DNA of 64,000 nucleotides from an uncultured Alphaproteobacteria bacterium (GTDB lineage: Bacteria > Pseudomonadota > Alphaproteobacteria > Rs-D84), in NCBI GenBank assembly GCA_944389235.1, contig CALXLO010000001.1, positions 26,956-90,955 on the forward strand. Direction: 5' to 3'. Made by a program: the position numbers and the translations under genes. Each line of letters opens with the position of its first letter. Position 1 is the stretch's first letter. Shown in pieces: positions 54,230-63,193 of the stretch. A model generated the notes under the pieces. That model searched no databases and was not told where the DNA came from. It worked only from the letters and a program-made list of their open reading frames with translations.

Positions 54230-54559
54230 ATGAAAAACAAAGCTGTAAAGATTGGAATTATTGCCAGTATATTGCCACATTTGTTTTGTTGTGTGCTGCC
54301 GATTGTGCTGTCCGTGCTTAGTTTATTTGCGCCAGAATTTGCGCATACAGAAATTGTGCCACATTGGATAGAACCATGGTTATTTGTGTTTTCTGGGTTA
54401 ATGTTATGTTTATCATGGTATTTGGTTATTCGCGATTGTCGATGCGATTGCGACCATTGCCATGGCGGGCATAATCACCGTACACAAAAAATCATAGTTG
54501 GTGTAATTACTGTGATATTTGTTGTTAGTATAATTTTACATTTAATGGCACATCATTAA
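54230..54559 (+). CDS. MerT-like three-TM membrane protein with a Cys/His-rich loop
   Basis: 109 aa. TM1 carries a vicinal CC followed by Pro (LPHLFCCVLPIV). After TM2 comes the loop RDCRCDCDHCHGGHNHR, then TM3. This is the same topology and Cys placement as the mercuric transport protein MerT. Confidence 0.4.
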   Translation: MKNKAVKIGIIASILPHLFCCVLPIVLSVLSLFAPEFAHTEIVPHWIEPWLFVFSGLMLCLSWYLVIRDCRCDCDHCHGGHNHRTQKIIVGVITVIFVVSIILHLMAHH

Positions 54560-54566
54560 ATAAAAG

Positions 54567-54592
54567 AAACGCCCCAGAAATGGGGCGTTTTG
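54567..54592. terminator. Bidirectional hairpin between convergent genes
   Basis: AACGCCCCA-gaaa-TGGGGCGTT followed by TTG; it is A-rich upstream. Confidence 0.7.
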
Positions 54593-54593
54593 A

Positions 54594-55553
54594 TTAAAAA
54601 CGATACATAAATCCCAATTTTATAATCGGATAAAATGTTAATTTATCTAATTCATTTTGGGCCTCGGCCAGTGCAGTTCTTTTTGCCTGGTCCAGTTGGT
54701 CTTCGAACACTGGGCTGTTTTTCACAGGTTGCCAGTTGCCGCCTTCGTATACTTGCAGATTATCCAACGGTATATCCAGCCCCAGTTGCGCAGTGCGACT
54801 GGTGAATACGACACCGGCATCCAGGTATATTTTTAATCCTGCGAACAAACCTAAATCAAATCCGGCACCCAGGTATGGACCACTGGTGTTCCAATTCATG
54901 TTTGCAGATGCGGAAATCTGGTTGCCTGTATATCTATAATCTTTCCCGTCCAGCGAGAACGAAAATCCTTCGCCTGGCATATCACTTATTTCGCCACTTA
55001 GACGCGCACTTAGTTCTAAATCGCCCCAGTAATAACCACCACTGATGCGCAATCCGCCCAAGAACCAAGTATTGCCGAACGGATATATGTCAATCAAAGC
55101 AGCAAAATGTTGGGCACCGATACCTGCATCTGTAATTGCCATACCGTCGCCAAAATCAATGCCGTCGCCCATTATTGAATCAATACCAGAATTTATCAAA
55201 GACTTTACTGGTGCTGTTCCTGCAAAATCCAAACGCACCCCTAAACGCTTTAACCAAAAAGAATCCAAATCTTTATTTGCATATCCAACAAATCCGTTCA
55301 GACCACTGGTTGCGGATATACCAATACCAAATTGCAGACCATGGGGAAACTTTGCCTCTGGCTGGTCAAAGATACCGGTTTTCGCGGGTTCTGTGGATGT
55401 TTCTGTTGTTGCGGTTGCATCTTCGCCGGTCTGGTCAGACGAAACAGATGTTTCAGTTGATGGTATGTTTTCATCTTGTAAAGTATTATCATCTGTTGCG
55501 TATGCTGGCACGGTCAGCATCATTAATGCAGCAAGTGTATAAATTTTTTTCAT
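54594..55553 (-). CDS. Outer-membrane beta-barrel protein
   Basis: Signal peptide MKKIYTLAALMMLTVPAYA, an acidic Thr/Glu-rich linker, a beta-barrel pattern and a C-terminal ...KLGFMYRF. The AAAGGAAAA RBS supports the internal ATG at 55553. Confidence 0.75.
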   Translation of the reverse strand: MKKIYTLAALMMLTVPAYATDDNTLQDENIPSTETSVSSDQTGEDATATTETSTEPAKTGIFDQPEAKFPHGLQFGIGISATSGLNGFVGYANKDLDSFWLKRLGVRLDFAGTAPVKSLINSGIDSIMGDGIDFGDGMAITDAGIGAQHFAALIDIYPFGNTWFLGGLRISGGYYWGDLELSARLSGEISDMPGEGFSFSLDGKDYRYTGNQISASANMNWNTSGPYLGAGFDLGLFAGLKIYLDAGVVFTSRTAQLGLDIPLDNLQVYEGGNWQPVKNSPVFEDQLDQAKRTALAEAQNELDKLTFYPIIKLGFMYRF

Positions 55554-55672
55554 ATTTGTTTTCCTTTTGTTAGTCTGTGTTCGCATTATAACAATATGCG
55601 GAATAAAATCTCAACAATAAAGTATATAAATTTGTATTCAAAAAGATTTTATTTTGTGATATTATTCAATAT

Positions 55673-57061
55673 ATGAAAAACAGAATATATATTTTTTCGG
55701 CGCTGGCATGCTTGTGCGGGGCGACAACTGTGTTTGCATCTGATTGCATTGGCGACGGCTGTCGCATTGAACCGATGCCGCGTCCGGTGGTTTCAACCCC
55801 GACCGTAATGGGTGGCGCACCAATGGTGCCTGTGGTGCCGAAATATGCCAAACAAAACAATAATCAATACATGGGATATATGCCCACGCGCCAGGTAAAG
55901 TTGTTGTCTATTAAACCGGTGCCGGATGAACCGCGCCCGCCACTGTGGGACGGCACGACCAGTGAATATGAAATGACGGGTTTTGACAAGACGGTTGATT
56001 GGCGTGATGGTGTACCAATTTGGGATGATTCTGTATCCAGTTATAAATACAAAGATTACAGTGATTGGTTCTTGGAACCAATGCCAGAATTATATATACG
56101 CGATGTTTCCGCGCCGATGCAGCCCGCTGCAACAGTCGTTGCACAAAAATCAGACCATCCGCGTGATATAGATGTTGTTAATTTGTATAAAAAAAATATG
56201 GCAGATGCCGCTGCGACCCGCGCCCGGGTAGAAGCGTTATTGGCACCCAAAAAACCAACAGAAAATCTGTGGGTGTCTGATACAACAGAAACAATAACTG
56301 TGGATGCCGATTGTGGCGATGCAGATGTTGCAACAATAACCACGGAACAAAATGTTTCGGTTATTGATACGGATAATGAACAACATATATCTTTGCCTGC
56401 GCCACGGCCTGAATTTACCGCCCAAGATATGATAGAAATTGTTAATATGACATTTGGGCGCAGCGATGGTTGCCCGTTTGAAACAGAAACAGAATGCGAA
56501 ATTTGGCGCAGAAAACCAATTGTTCGTGAAACTGTTTCACCACGCAGTCCAAAGATTCGTGATGACAAGATGTATGAATTTATTGCGGCGGCAAAGTGCG
56601 ACGAAGATATTACTGCAAATCATCCGTTGGCGGCACCGTTGCTGGATAGATATAAAATGTTGATGCAGTCTGCAAATGCGTGCTGTACAGATGGTATGGC
56701 GTATTCATTGCGTTCGGCGGGTGCGTCAAATGGTTTGATATATAAATTCTTGTCTGATGATGCAAACTTTTATGGTTTTGGTGCGCGTTGTCTGATGATG
56801 ACAGATGAAGAACTGGATACAAAATATCCGAATACTGCAACTGCGGCGGTGGCGGCGGATGTTCGTAATGGATGTCTGTGTCGTGGGCGGCAATGGTTCT
56901 ATGCGATGTTGGCACCGTTCCAAGACGCGTATAAAATAATGCCTGAATTTGCAGACTATAAATTCTTTTATACATATACAGATGGTTTGCAACGCGAAAT
57001 AACCGTATCGGTGAATAACGATGTTCAAAATGTGTTAAATCAATTGGCTTTGTGTCCATAA
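55673..57061 (+). CDS. Secreted hypothetical protein (Cys-containing)
   Basis: 462 aa with signal peptide MKNRIYIFSALACLCGATTVFA. I recognise no family. Confidence 0.65.
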   Translation: MKNRIYIFSALACLCGATTVFASDCIGDGCRIEPMPRPVVSTPTVMGGAPMVPVVPKYAKQNNNQYMGYMPTRQVKLLSIKPVPDEPRPPLWDGTTSEYEMTGFDKTVDWRDGVPIWDDSVSSYKYKDYSDWFLEPMPELYIRDVSAPMQPAATVVAQKSDHPRDIDVVNLYKKNMADAAATRARVEALLAPKKPTENLWVSDTTETITVDADCGDADVATITTEQNVSVIDTDNEQHISLPAPRPEFTAQDMIEIVNMTFGRSDGCPFETETECEIWRRKPIVRETVSPRSPKIRDDKMYEFIAAAKCDEDITANHPLAAPLLDRYKMLMQSANACCTDGMAYSLRSAGASNGLIYKFLSDDANFYGFGARCLMMTDEELDTKYPNTATAAVAADVRNGCLCRGRQWFYAMLAPFQDAYKIMPEFADYKFFYTYTDGLQREITVSVNNDVQNVLNQLALCP

Positions 57062-57090
57062 AAGAAAACCGCAATTGCGGTTTTCTTTTA
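57062..57090. terminator. Bidirectional hairpin between convergent genes
   Basis: GAAAACCGC-aatt-GCGGTTTTC followed by TTTTATATTT. Confidence 0.7.
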
Positions 57091-57093
57091 TAT

Positions 57094-57540
57094 TTATGCA
57101 ATAGTCAAATTTGGTCGCGTGCCCCGTAAATTGTTTAATGATTTTTCTTGGGCGGCACGAAATGCCCCAGGATTCCATATTTGAAAACTGTTTCCGCGTC
57201 CAACAAATATGGCGGTGTCGGTAATGCCGGCGTGTTTCAGCATGTCGGCTGGTATAACAATACGACCGGTTACATCGAATGCCAACGGTCGCGCGTCTGC
57301 AAACAGCATTGCGGTCAAGTCATCCAGTTCACTGTCAAATACGCCCATTTTATCAGTCGCTGCTGCTAATTGTTCCATGCGCGACATTGATAATCCTTCT
57401 ATGCAATTGTTGGTAAAAGAACGATACAGAACGACACCCGCAAATTTATCAGATGCAACCGAAGCCCGAAAGGGTGCCGGCACGGATATGCGCCCTTTGG
57501 TATCCAAACGATTTTCATAAGATGAGAGAAACAATGACAT
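57094..57540 (-). CDS. mraZ: Transcriptional regulator MraZ
   Basis: 148 aa starting MSLFLSSYENRLDTKGRISVPAPFR, with a second SpoVT/AbrB-like repeat (...AFDVTGRIVIPADMLKHAGI...). Confidence 0.9.
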   Translation of the reverse strand: MSLFLSSYENRLDTKGRISVPAPFRASVASDKFAGVVLYRSFTNNCIEGLSMSRMEQLAAATDKMGVFDSELDDLTAMLFADARPLAFDVTGRIVIPADMLKHAGITDTAIFVGRGNSFQIWNPGAFRAAQEKSLNNLRGTRPNLTIA

Positions 57541-57604
57541 TTTCGCTTCTTACTTTATAAAAGTGGCATCTGCGCCGTTTCCCCTTTCTTGTGGCTTCAT
57601 GGGT

Positions 57605-57669
57605 AATGTAGCATGGTGATTTATGGTTGTCAATGACAATTTATGGTTATTTTATGGTACTTTATGGTT
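57605..57669 (-). promoter_or_regulatory. Putative mraZ promoter and phased ATGGT/TTATGGT repeats (candidate MraZ operators)
   Basis: On the minus strand: TTGACA (57633-57628), a 17-nt spacer, then TACATT (57610-57605). On the plus strand, ATGGT occurs at 57613, 57623, 57643, 57654 and 57664 (spacings 10/20/11/10 nt), and four copies extend to TTATGGT. Confidence 0.4.
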
Positions 57670-57928
57670 TTTGCAGTAAAATCATATAAATTAAAAATAA
57701 AATAAAAATATTTGTATTTTATGCTTGACCTGCGATTCGTTTTTGTTCTAAGATGTTTGTATAGACAAGGAGAAAAGAGTTAAAAGCCCCAGAAAACCGC
57801 AAAAAACCGGATTTCTGGTAAAAAATAAAAATCAACCAAAAGATTAATTCTGAATTTTTGTAAATACACTGTGTACATACAAAAAAGAAAGAATCTTTTA
57901 TCAAAACCCGAAAAGGAGGGAACGCACA

Positions 57929-58261
57929 ATGTCAAAGTCTATCAAAGAAATCATGATTGCCCTGAACAAAGTTTTAACAACAACCGTTTGGGTTAACGAA
58001 GACCGCCAGATTATATCTTTGGCTGATGAATTACAAATTGGTCATAATAACGCCCCGCGTTCTATTGAAGATTTATCGCGTCCGTCATTGGTTGGTGCGT
58101 ATGTGTCATTGCAAATTCGTACAGATAATTTCGATGTTGCCGCCGAAGGATTAGAAACCAAGGTATTGGCACTGCGTGTCAAAGAAATGGTATTTGCCGA
58201 AGCGAAAAAGATAATGGATGCCGCCGATGGCGATGCGTCCCGTGTTGCCCGTGCCGCATAA
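57929..58261 (+). CDS. Hypothetical protein
   Basis: 110-aa ORF with a strong AAAGGAGGG RBS. I recognise no motif. Confidence 0.6.
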   Translation: MSKSIKEIMIALNKVLTTTVWVNEDRQIISLADELQIGHNNAPRSIEDLSRPSLVGAYVSLQIRTDNFDVAAEGLETKVLALRVKEMVFAEAKKIMDAADGDASRVARAA

Positions 58262-58330
58262 TTATTAATTTTGCATTGTGCGGTTTGTTATGGGGCATAC
58301 CAAGTTTCTGGGAAACCAGAAGGAGGGGAG

Positions 58331-58368
58331 AAACCACCGCTGTGTAAACAGCGGCGGTTTTGTTTTTT
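58331..58368 (+). terminator. Intrinsic terminator
   Basis: AAACCACCGCTG-tgtaaa-CAGCGGCGGTTT (one mismatch) followed by TGTTTTTT. Confidence 0.7.
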
Positions 58369-58373
58369 ATGTA

Positions 58374-61085
58374 TCAGAATTTTGCTATACCGCTGATGCC
58401 GATTGTATAATTTTGATACCCATCACGAAATTCTGCATTTGCGTTAATTTGTATTTCACTGTTTTTGCCGAATTGCATGCGGGCTGTAATATCGCCGTAT
58501 GCGGCGGTTCGCCCCAGTCGTGCAGATGATATTTCGTATGTTTGGTTGTTTATATTAACCAATGCGTTATCTTTATCTGAGCGCATATCGTATGATGCCC
58601 CGATATTTAATTCTGGGATAATATTAATACCGAAAATATTTATGTTTTTTAATCCGGTTGTTATGCCGGCGTGCGCGGTTATAAATTGCGTGTCGCCAGA
58701 TGATATAAACTGTGTCGCGCTGTCGGTCGAAGATGTGCGATGTATGTTTATATATCTTATTCCGCCGCGTGGAACAAATTGTATATTTTTGACTGCAAAT
58801 TTATATCCGATATCAGACCATGCACCAAATGTATATAGTAATGGATTATTATATATATTTATGTTCGCAACATATTTTGTTTCGTCCATATCTGTATAAA
58901 ATGCAGCGGCTTTGCTGCGCCATATTATGTGGTCTGAATCATATTCTGCATACAGTCCGACACCTGCTGTTGGTGCATAGATATTGCGCGACCAACTGGA
59001 CATTTCGTCATATTGGTATGTATATGCGGCACCAATGACCCATTTGTTGCGACCAAATTCTGCACCTATGGTGCCACCGTATCCGCTGATATCAAAGTCT
59101 GCGTAATATTCTGTACCGTCCAGTTGTCCATCGTCTAGAAAGCCATTTATCCATATTACGCCGTGGTTGGCATCACGCGCACGCCTGTCGTTAATATTGA
59201 TTGACGCATCAAATCTGTCAATAACAGATGTGCCGATAATTTGAACCAGTGGCGCTGTTGCGGGTGCCAGTGCCGTCAGTGCATGAACATACGCGATACC
59301 ATCTGTTTGCATCAACGCATTCATACGGTTGTATACTGCGCGGCCTGTGTTGTTTTCCAGCATAGGTCCTTGTTGGTGCCATGCGGCCGCAGTATTTTGA
59401 TTGTTTTGGGTGCCACCATATATTTTGATAACATCTGAATAATTACCCGTCTGGTTAATTTCGTACCAGCCATTACCAATTTTTGTAAAAGAATATATAT
59501 TGTTGTTTATGTGCGGGGTAAATGTATCGCTGGTTATGCCGCCACGCAACAGCTGTATACGCATAGAATTTTGATTGTTCATGGCATTTGGACTTAATGT
59601 AATATCTAAAATTGCCCCAGATGCCACAGACCAAGAATTTGCAGATAAAAATCCGTATGTTGTATCATTGTTTACAGTAATTGCCAATGTTGAATCATCT
59701 GAAAAACTGGCGTTGTTTGCATTGACAGATTTTGTTCCTATATCTAATATTCCGCCGACGACATTCAAATTATCTGCATCAAAAAAAGTTCCACTATCGC
59801 CCAGTTTTACGGTGCCGTTATAAATACTGATATTGCCGGAAAAACCGGACATACTATTGTCTAAAATGATTGTGCCACCGGTTGGTACATTTGTTTCATT
59901 AAATATATATGGGCGATTGAATATAATTTCGCCTGTGCCAGCGATAGAATCGCTGAAAGTTATTGTATTATTTGTATTTGCGTTCATATTAATTGTGCCG
60001 CTGGATTCTATGGCGTTTGATACACCATTTAATGTATTGCCATTGAACATAACATCTTTGTTGTTTGCGATAATATATAATTCAGATAAGTTAAATATTG
60101 CGCCACCACCGCTGGTTGCCGAATTGTTTGTAAAATTACTGTCGATAACATAAATATCATCCCAGTTATAAATTGCGCCACCATATTCTGCGGTGTTATT
60201 AGAAAATTCTGAATTACTTATTACGGAATACAAGGTATCGCCAATTATTCCGTAATTACCAATTGCACCACCTGTTTCACCAGAATTATTTTCAAACACA
60301 CCATCAGATAAATTCATATCGCCAGTCGTGTAAATTGCACCCGCCCCAGAATTTGCGGTGTTTTCACGAAATACAACATTTGTTAGATTCATAGTATTAG
60401 AATTGTATAATGCACCGCCGTTGGACGCAGTATTAGATATAAATGTCGCATCTGATATATTCAGTGTACCGTCATTAAATGCAACACCGCCGTAATCGCT
60501 GGCTGAATTAGACAAGAAATATACTGTATTAAATGTTGCGGTTGTTTCATATTCGTTATATATAACCCCACCATCACCATGTGTGGCGTGATTATTACCG
60601 AATGCGTTGTTTGTTGCGTTCAGTGTCGCATTGTTATTCTGATAAAAAACGCCGCCGCCTTGTGCAGAAGAATTATTACTGAATGCGGAATTGTTAATTG
60701 CGACATTTCCGCCCAGATTAGATATAACACCGCCTTCGGGTGAGTTAGCAAATGAATTAAATGAATCATTCACAGATACTGTCGTGCCGTCTGATGTAAA
60801 CGCGCCGACATTGTTAACAGTAAAATTATATCCAGATGATATTGTGAATCCGGAAAATCTGCCACCGTTAAAATTAAAACCGCCACCATTGATAATTGTA
60901 TTTTCTGCACCTGGCACACTTATCAGACGCGTTGCGGTTATGTCGCCTGTTATTGTTATGTCATTTTGTGTATCGGCTGTTTTATACAGTGAATAAAATG
61001 TATTGAAATCTGGTGCGTCGGCTGCCAGTGTTGGTATTGACCAACATGTTGCAATTACTATTAATGTTGGATTTTTTATTCGCAT
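58374..61085 (-). CDS. Autotransporter with polymorphic-membrane-protein (Pmp) type GGA(I/L/V)/FxxN repeats
   Basis: 903 aa with signal peptide (...IPTLAADAP). At least 8 repeats follow the pattern FSNNSSAQGGGVFYQ / FISNTASNGGALYN / FSNNTAEYGGAIYN / FTNNSATSGGGAIFN. The C-terminal beta-barrel domain ends ...GISGIAKF. Confidence 0.85.
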   Translation of the reverse strand: MRIKNPTLIVIATCWSIPTLAADAPDFNTFYSLYKTADTQNDITITGDITATRLISVPGAENTIINGGGFNFNGGRFSGFTISSGYNFTVNNVGAFTSDGTTVSVNDSFNSFANSPEGGVISNLGGNVAINNSAFSNNSSAQGGGVFYQNNNATLNATNNAFGNNHATHGDGGVIYNEYETTATFNTVYFLSNSASDYGGVAFNDGTLNISDATFISNTASNGGALYNSNTMNLTNVVFRENTANSGAGAIYTTGDMNLSDGVFENNSGETGGAIGNYGIIGDTLYSVISNSEFSNNTAEYGGAIYNWDDIYVIDSNFTNNSATSGGGAIFNLSELYIIANNKDVMFNGNTLNGVSNAIESSGTINMNANTNNTITFSDSIAGTGEIIFNRPYIFNETNVPTGGTIILDNSMSGFSGNISIYNGTVKLGDSGTFFDADNLNVVGGILDIGTKSVNANNASFSDDSTLAITVNNDTTYGFLSANSWSVASGAILDITLSPNAMNNQNSMRIQLLRGGITSDTFTPHINNNIYSFTKIGNGWYEINQTGNYSDVIKIYGGTQNNQNTAAAWHQQGPMLENNTGRAVYNRMNALMQTDGIAYVHALTALAPATAPLVQIIGTSVIDRFDASININDRRARDANHGVIWINGFLDDGQLDGTEYYADFDISGYGGTIGAEFGRNKWVIGAAYTYQYDEMSSWSRNIYAPTAGVGLYAEYDSDHIIWRSKAAAFYTDMDETKYVANINIYNNPLLYTFGAWSDIGYKFAVKNIQFVPRGGIRYINIHRTSSTDSATQFISSGDTQFITAHAGITTGLKNINIFGINIIPELNIGASYDMRSDKDNALVNINNQTYEISSARLGRTAAYGDITARMQFGKNSEIQINANAEFRDGYQNYTIGISGIAKF

Positions 61086-61154
61086 GGTTTTATGTCCTTG
61101 GTTATGTTATTCCAAGGGTCATCAAAAACATAAAAAATATCAATACGACTGTAT

Positions 61155-61190
61155 TCCCAACAAAAAATCCTGCGTACCGCAGGATTTTGT
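61155..61190 (-). terminator. Intrinsic terminator after the M13 peptidase gene
   Basis: AAAATCCTGCG-gta-CGCAGGATTT followed by TTTGTTGGG on the minus strand. Confidence 0.7.
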
Positions 61191-61194
61191 TTTA

Positions 61195-63189
61195 TCACCA
61201 TATTTTCACGCGTTCATCCGGTGCCAGATATAATTTGTCTGTTGGTACAATTCCAAACGCATCATACCACGCATCAATATGGGGCAGTATTCCATTTACG
61301 CGCCACCGTGCCAAAGAATGTTCGTCCATTTTTGTTAAACGCAATACTTCGGCATCACGAATATTTTGCGCCCATGCACCAGCGTATGCGATAAAGAACC
61401 GCATATCATCTGACATGTTTTCAACAGCATCTGAATGTTCACCAAAGTTTTTATACGCGGTAAATGCAACTGTTATACCGCCATAGTCAGCCAGATTTTC
61501 ACCCAGTGTAAATTCACCATTTGCGTGTACACCTGGGGCGATTTCAATATTATCAAAGAATTTACGCATAACATTTGCACGGGTTGTAAATCGGTTGGCA
61601 TCATCTGGGGTCCACCAATCGCGCAGATTACCATCCGCATCAAATTGGCGACCGGAATCATCAAAGCCATGTGTCATTTCATGACCGATAATACTGCCGA
61701 TTGCGCCATAGTTAAACGCATCATCTGCGTTCATATCAAAGAACGGATATTGTAAAATTCCGGCCGGGAAACAAATTTCATTTGTTGACGGGTCATAATA
61801 CGCATTAATTTCATGCGCATTCATGTACCATATAGACGGGTCTTTTTTCTGACCAATTTTTTTAATCCAAAATTCGTCTTCAAATTCAGATACGCGAACG
61901 ATATTTTCCCACAGTGATGCGTCTTGGCTGATATTCAACGCGGAATAATCGCGCCATTTGTCGGGGTATCCTATTTTAGCATGAAAAGTATTTAATTTTT
62001 TCATTGCCTGTGATTTTGTTTCATCTGACATCCAGTTTAATTGTTCTATACGCATCCCCAGTGCGCGTTGTAAATTATGCACTAAATTCTGCATGCGTTC
62101 TTTGGCACCAGATGGAAAATATTTTTCTACATATAACCGACCGATTTCTTCGCCCAAAGACCCGTCCAGCAGTGCCACCGCCCGTTTCCAGCGTGGCTTT
62201 GGTTCTGGCTGACCCGCCATTGTGCGATTGTAAAAATCGAATGATATTTCGTATGTTTGGTCATCCAGTAATGTGTCTGCGGCACTGATGATGCGATATT
62301 TCAGATAATCACGAACCAGGTCAATATCTGTATCATTCATAATTGCGATAGATTCAGATATTGCCGCCGGTTGATTAATGTTTATTTCTGTGGCGGCGGT
62401 GGCACCGCGTGCTGTCAAGTACGCGTCCCAATCAAAGTCTGGGAATTGTTCGCGCACCTGGTCAATTGTCATTTTGTGGTAATTCGCCGCCGGGTTGCGC
62501 AGTTTTTCTTTTGGATAAAACGCATGCGCCATGCGCTGTTCCAGTTCGTAAATTTTATCTGCATTTGCATCAATACCAAAATTTTTTAATTGCCGTGCAA
62601 TAAATTCACGATACTTGGTGCGAATTTCAACGGACTTTTCATCGTCGTCAAAATAATAATCACGCGCCATGCCTATGCCACCTTGACCAATATTGTACAG
62701 GTAATATTCACTGTTTTTTTCATCCAGCGCAACCCCATCAGCCCAAAAAGCCGATGTGAATTTATGAACACGACCTAAATAAGATGGTAAATCAGTAATT
62801 GATTTTATCTTATCAATTTCATCCAGATATTTTTTAACAGGTGTTATACCATCTTGATTTAATTTATCTGCATCCATTGCGATTTTATACAGTGTGCCGA
62901 TTTTCCCAGTATCTGTTTCTGCAATTTCACGCACGCGCTGCATATTTATATCATTCAGTGTTTCGAACGCGCCATATCGTGTATAATCTGATGGAATAGG
63001 GTTGTTTTTCTGCCATCCGCCGGTTGCGTAATCATAAAAATCGTCGCCTGGACGAACAGATAAATCCATGTTTTCTGTTTTTATACCTGTGTTCATAATA
63101 TTCTCCTTGGGTGTGGTGATATGATATGCAATTACGATTGCAATTACAACTGCGATGATACCGATAATGTTTAATATTTTATGCTGCAT
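61195..63189 (-). CDS. M13-family zinc metallopeptidase (neprilysin/PepO-like), N-terminally membrane-anchored
   Basis: 664 aa with an N-terminal TM, HEMTHGFD (HExxH), NAYY and GENLADYGG motifs, and a C-terminal ...W. Confidence 0.9.
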   Translation of the reverse strand: MQHKILNIIGIIAVVIAIVIAYHITTPKENIMNTGIKTENMDLSVRPGDDFYDYATGGWQKNNPIPSDYTRYGAFETLNDINMQRVREIAETDTGKIGTLYKIAMDADKLNQDGITPVKKYLDEIDKIKSITDLPSYLGRVHKFTSAFWADGVALDEKNSEYYLYNIGQGGIGMARDYYFDDDEKSVEIRTKYREFIARQLKNFGIDANADKIYELEQRMAHAFYPKEKLRNPAANYHKMTIDQVREQFPDFDWDAYLTARGATAATEININQPAAISESIAIMNDTDIDLVRDYLKYRIISAADTLLDDQTYEISFDFYNRTMAGQPEPKPRWKRAVALLDGSLGEEIGRLYVEKYFPSGAKERMQNLVHNLQRALGMRIEQLNWMSDETKSQAMKKLNTFHAKIGYPDKWRDYSALNISQDASLWENIVRVSEFEDEFWIKKIGQKKDPSIWYMNAHEINAYYDPSTNEICFPAGILQYPFFDMNADDAFNYGAIGSIIGHEMTHGFDDSGRQFDADGNLRDWWTPDDANRFTTRANVMRKFFDNIEIAPGVHANGEFTLGENLADYGGITVAFTAYKNFGEHSDAVENMSDDMRFFIAYAGAWAQNIRDAEVLRLTKMDEHSLARWRVNGILPHIDAWYDAFGIVPTDKLYLAPDERVKIW

Positions 63190-63193
63190 GTTT

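Noticed and set aside
57719-57904. 61-aa minus-strand ORF in the mraZ-divergent spacer.
   Set aside because: It lies in an extremely AT-rich leader with no RBS and has a Phe/Ile/Lys-rich translation. A leader or promoter region for the 57929 gene is the more likely explanation.
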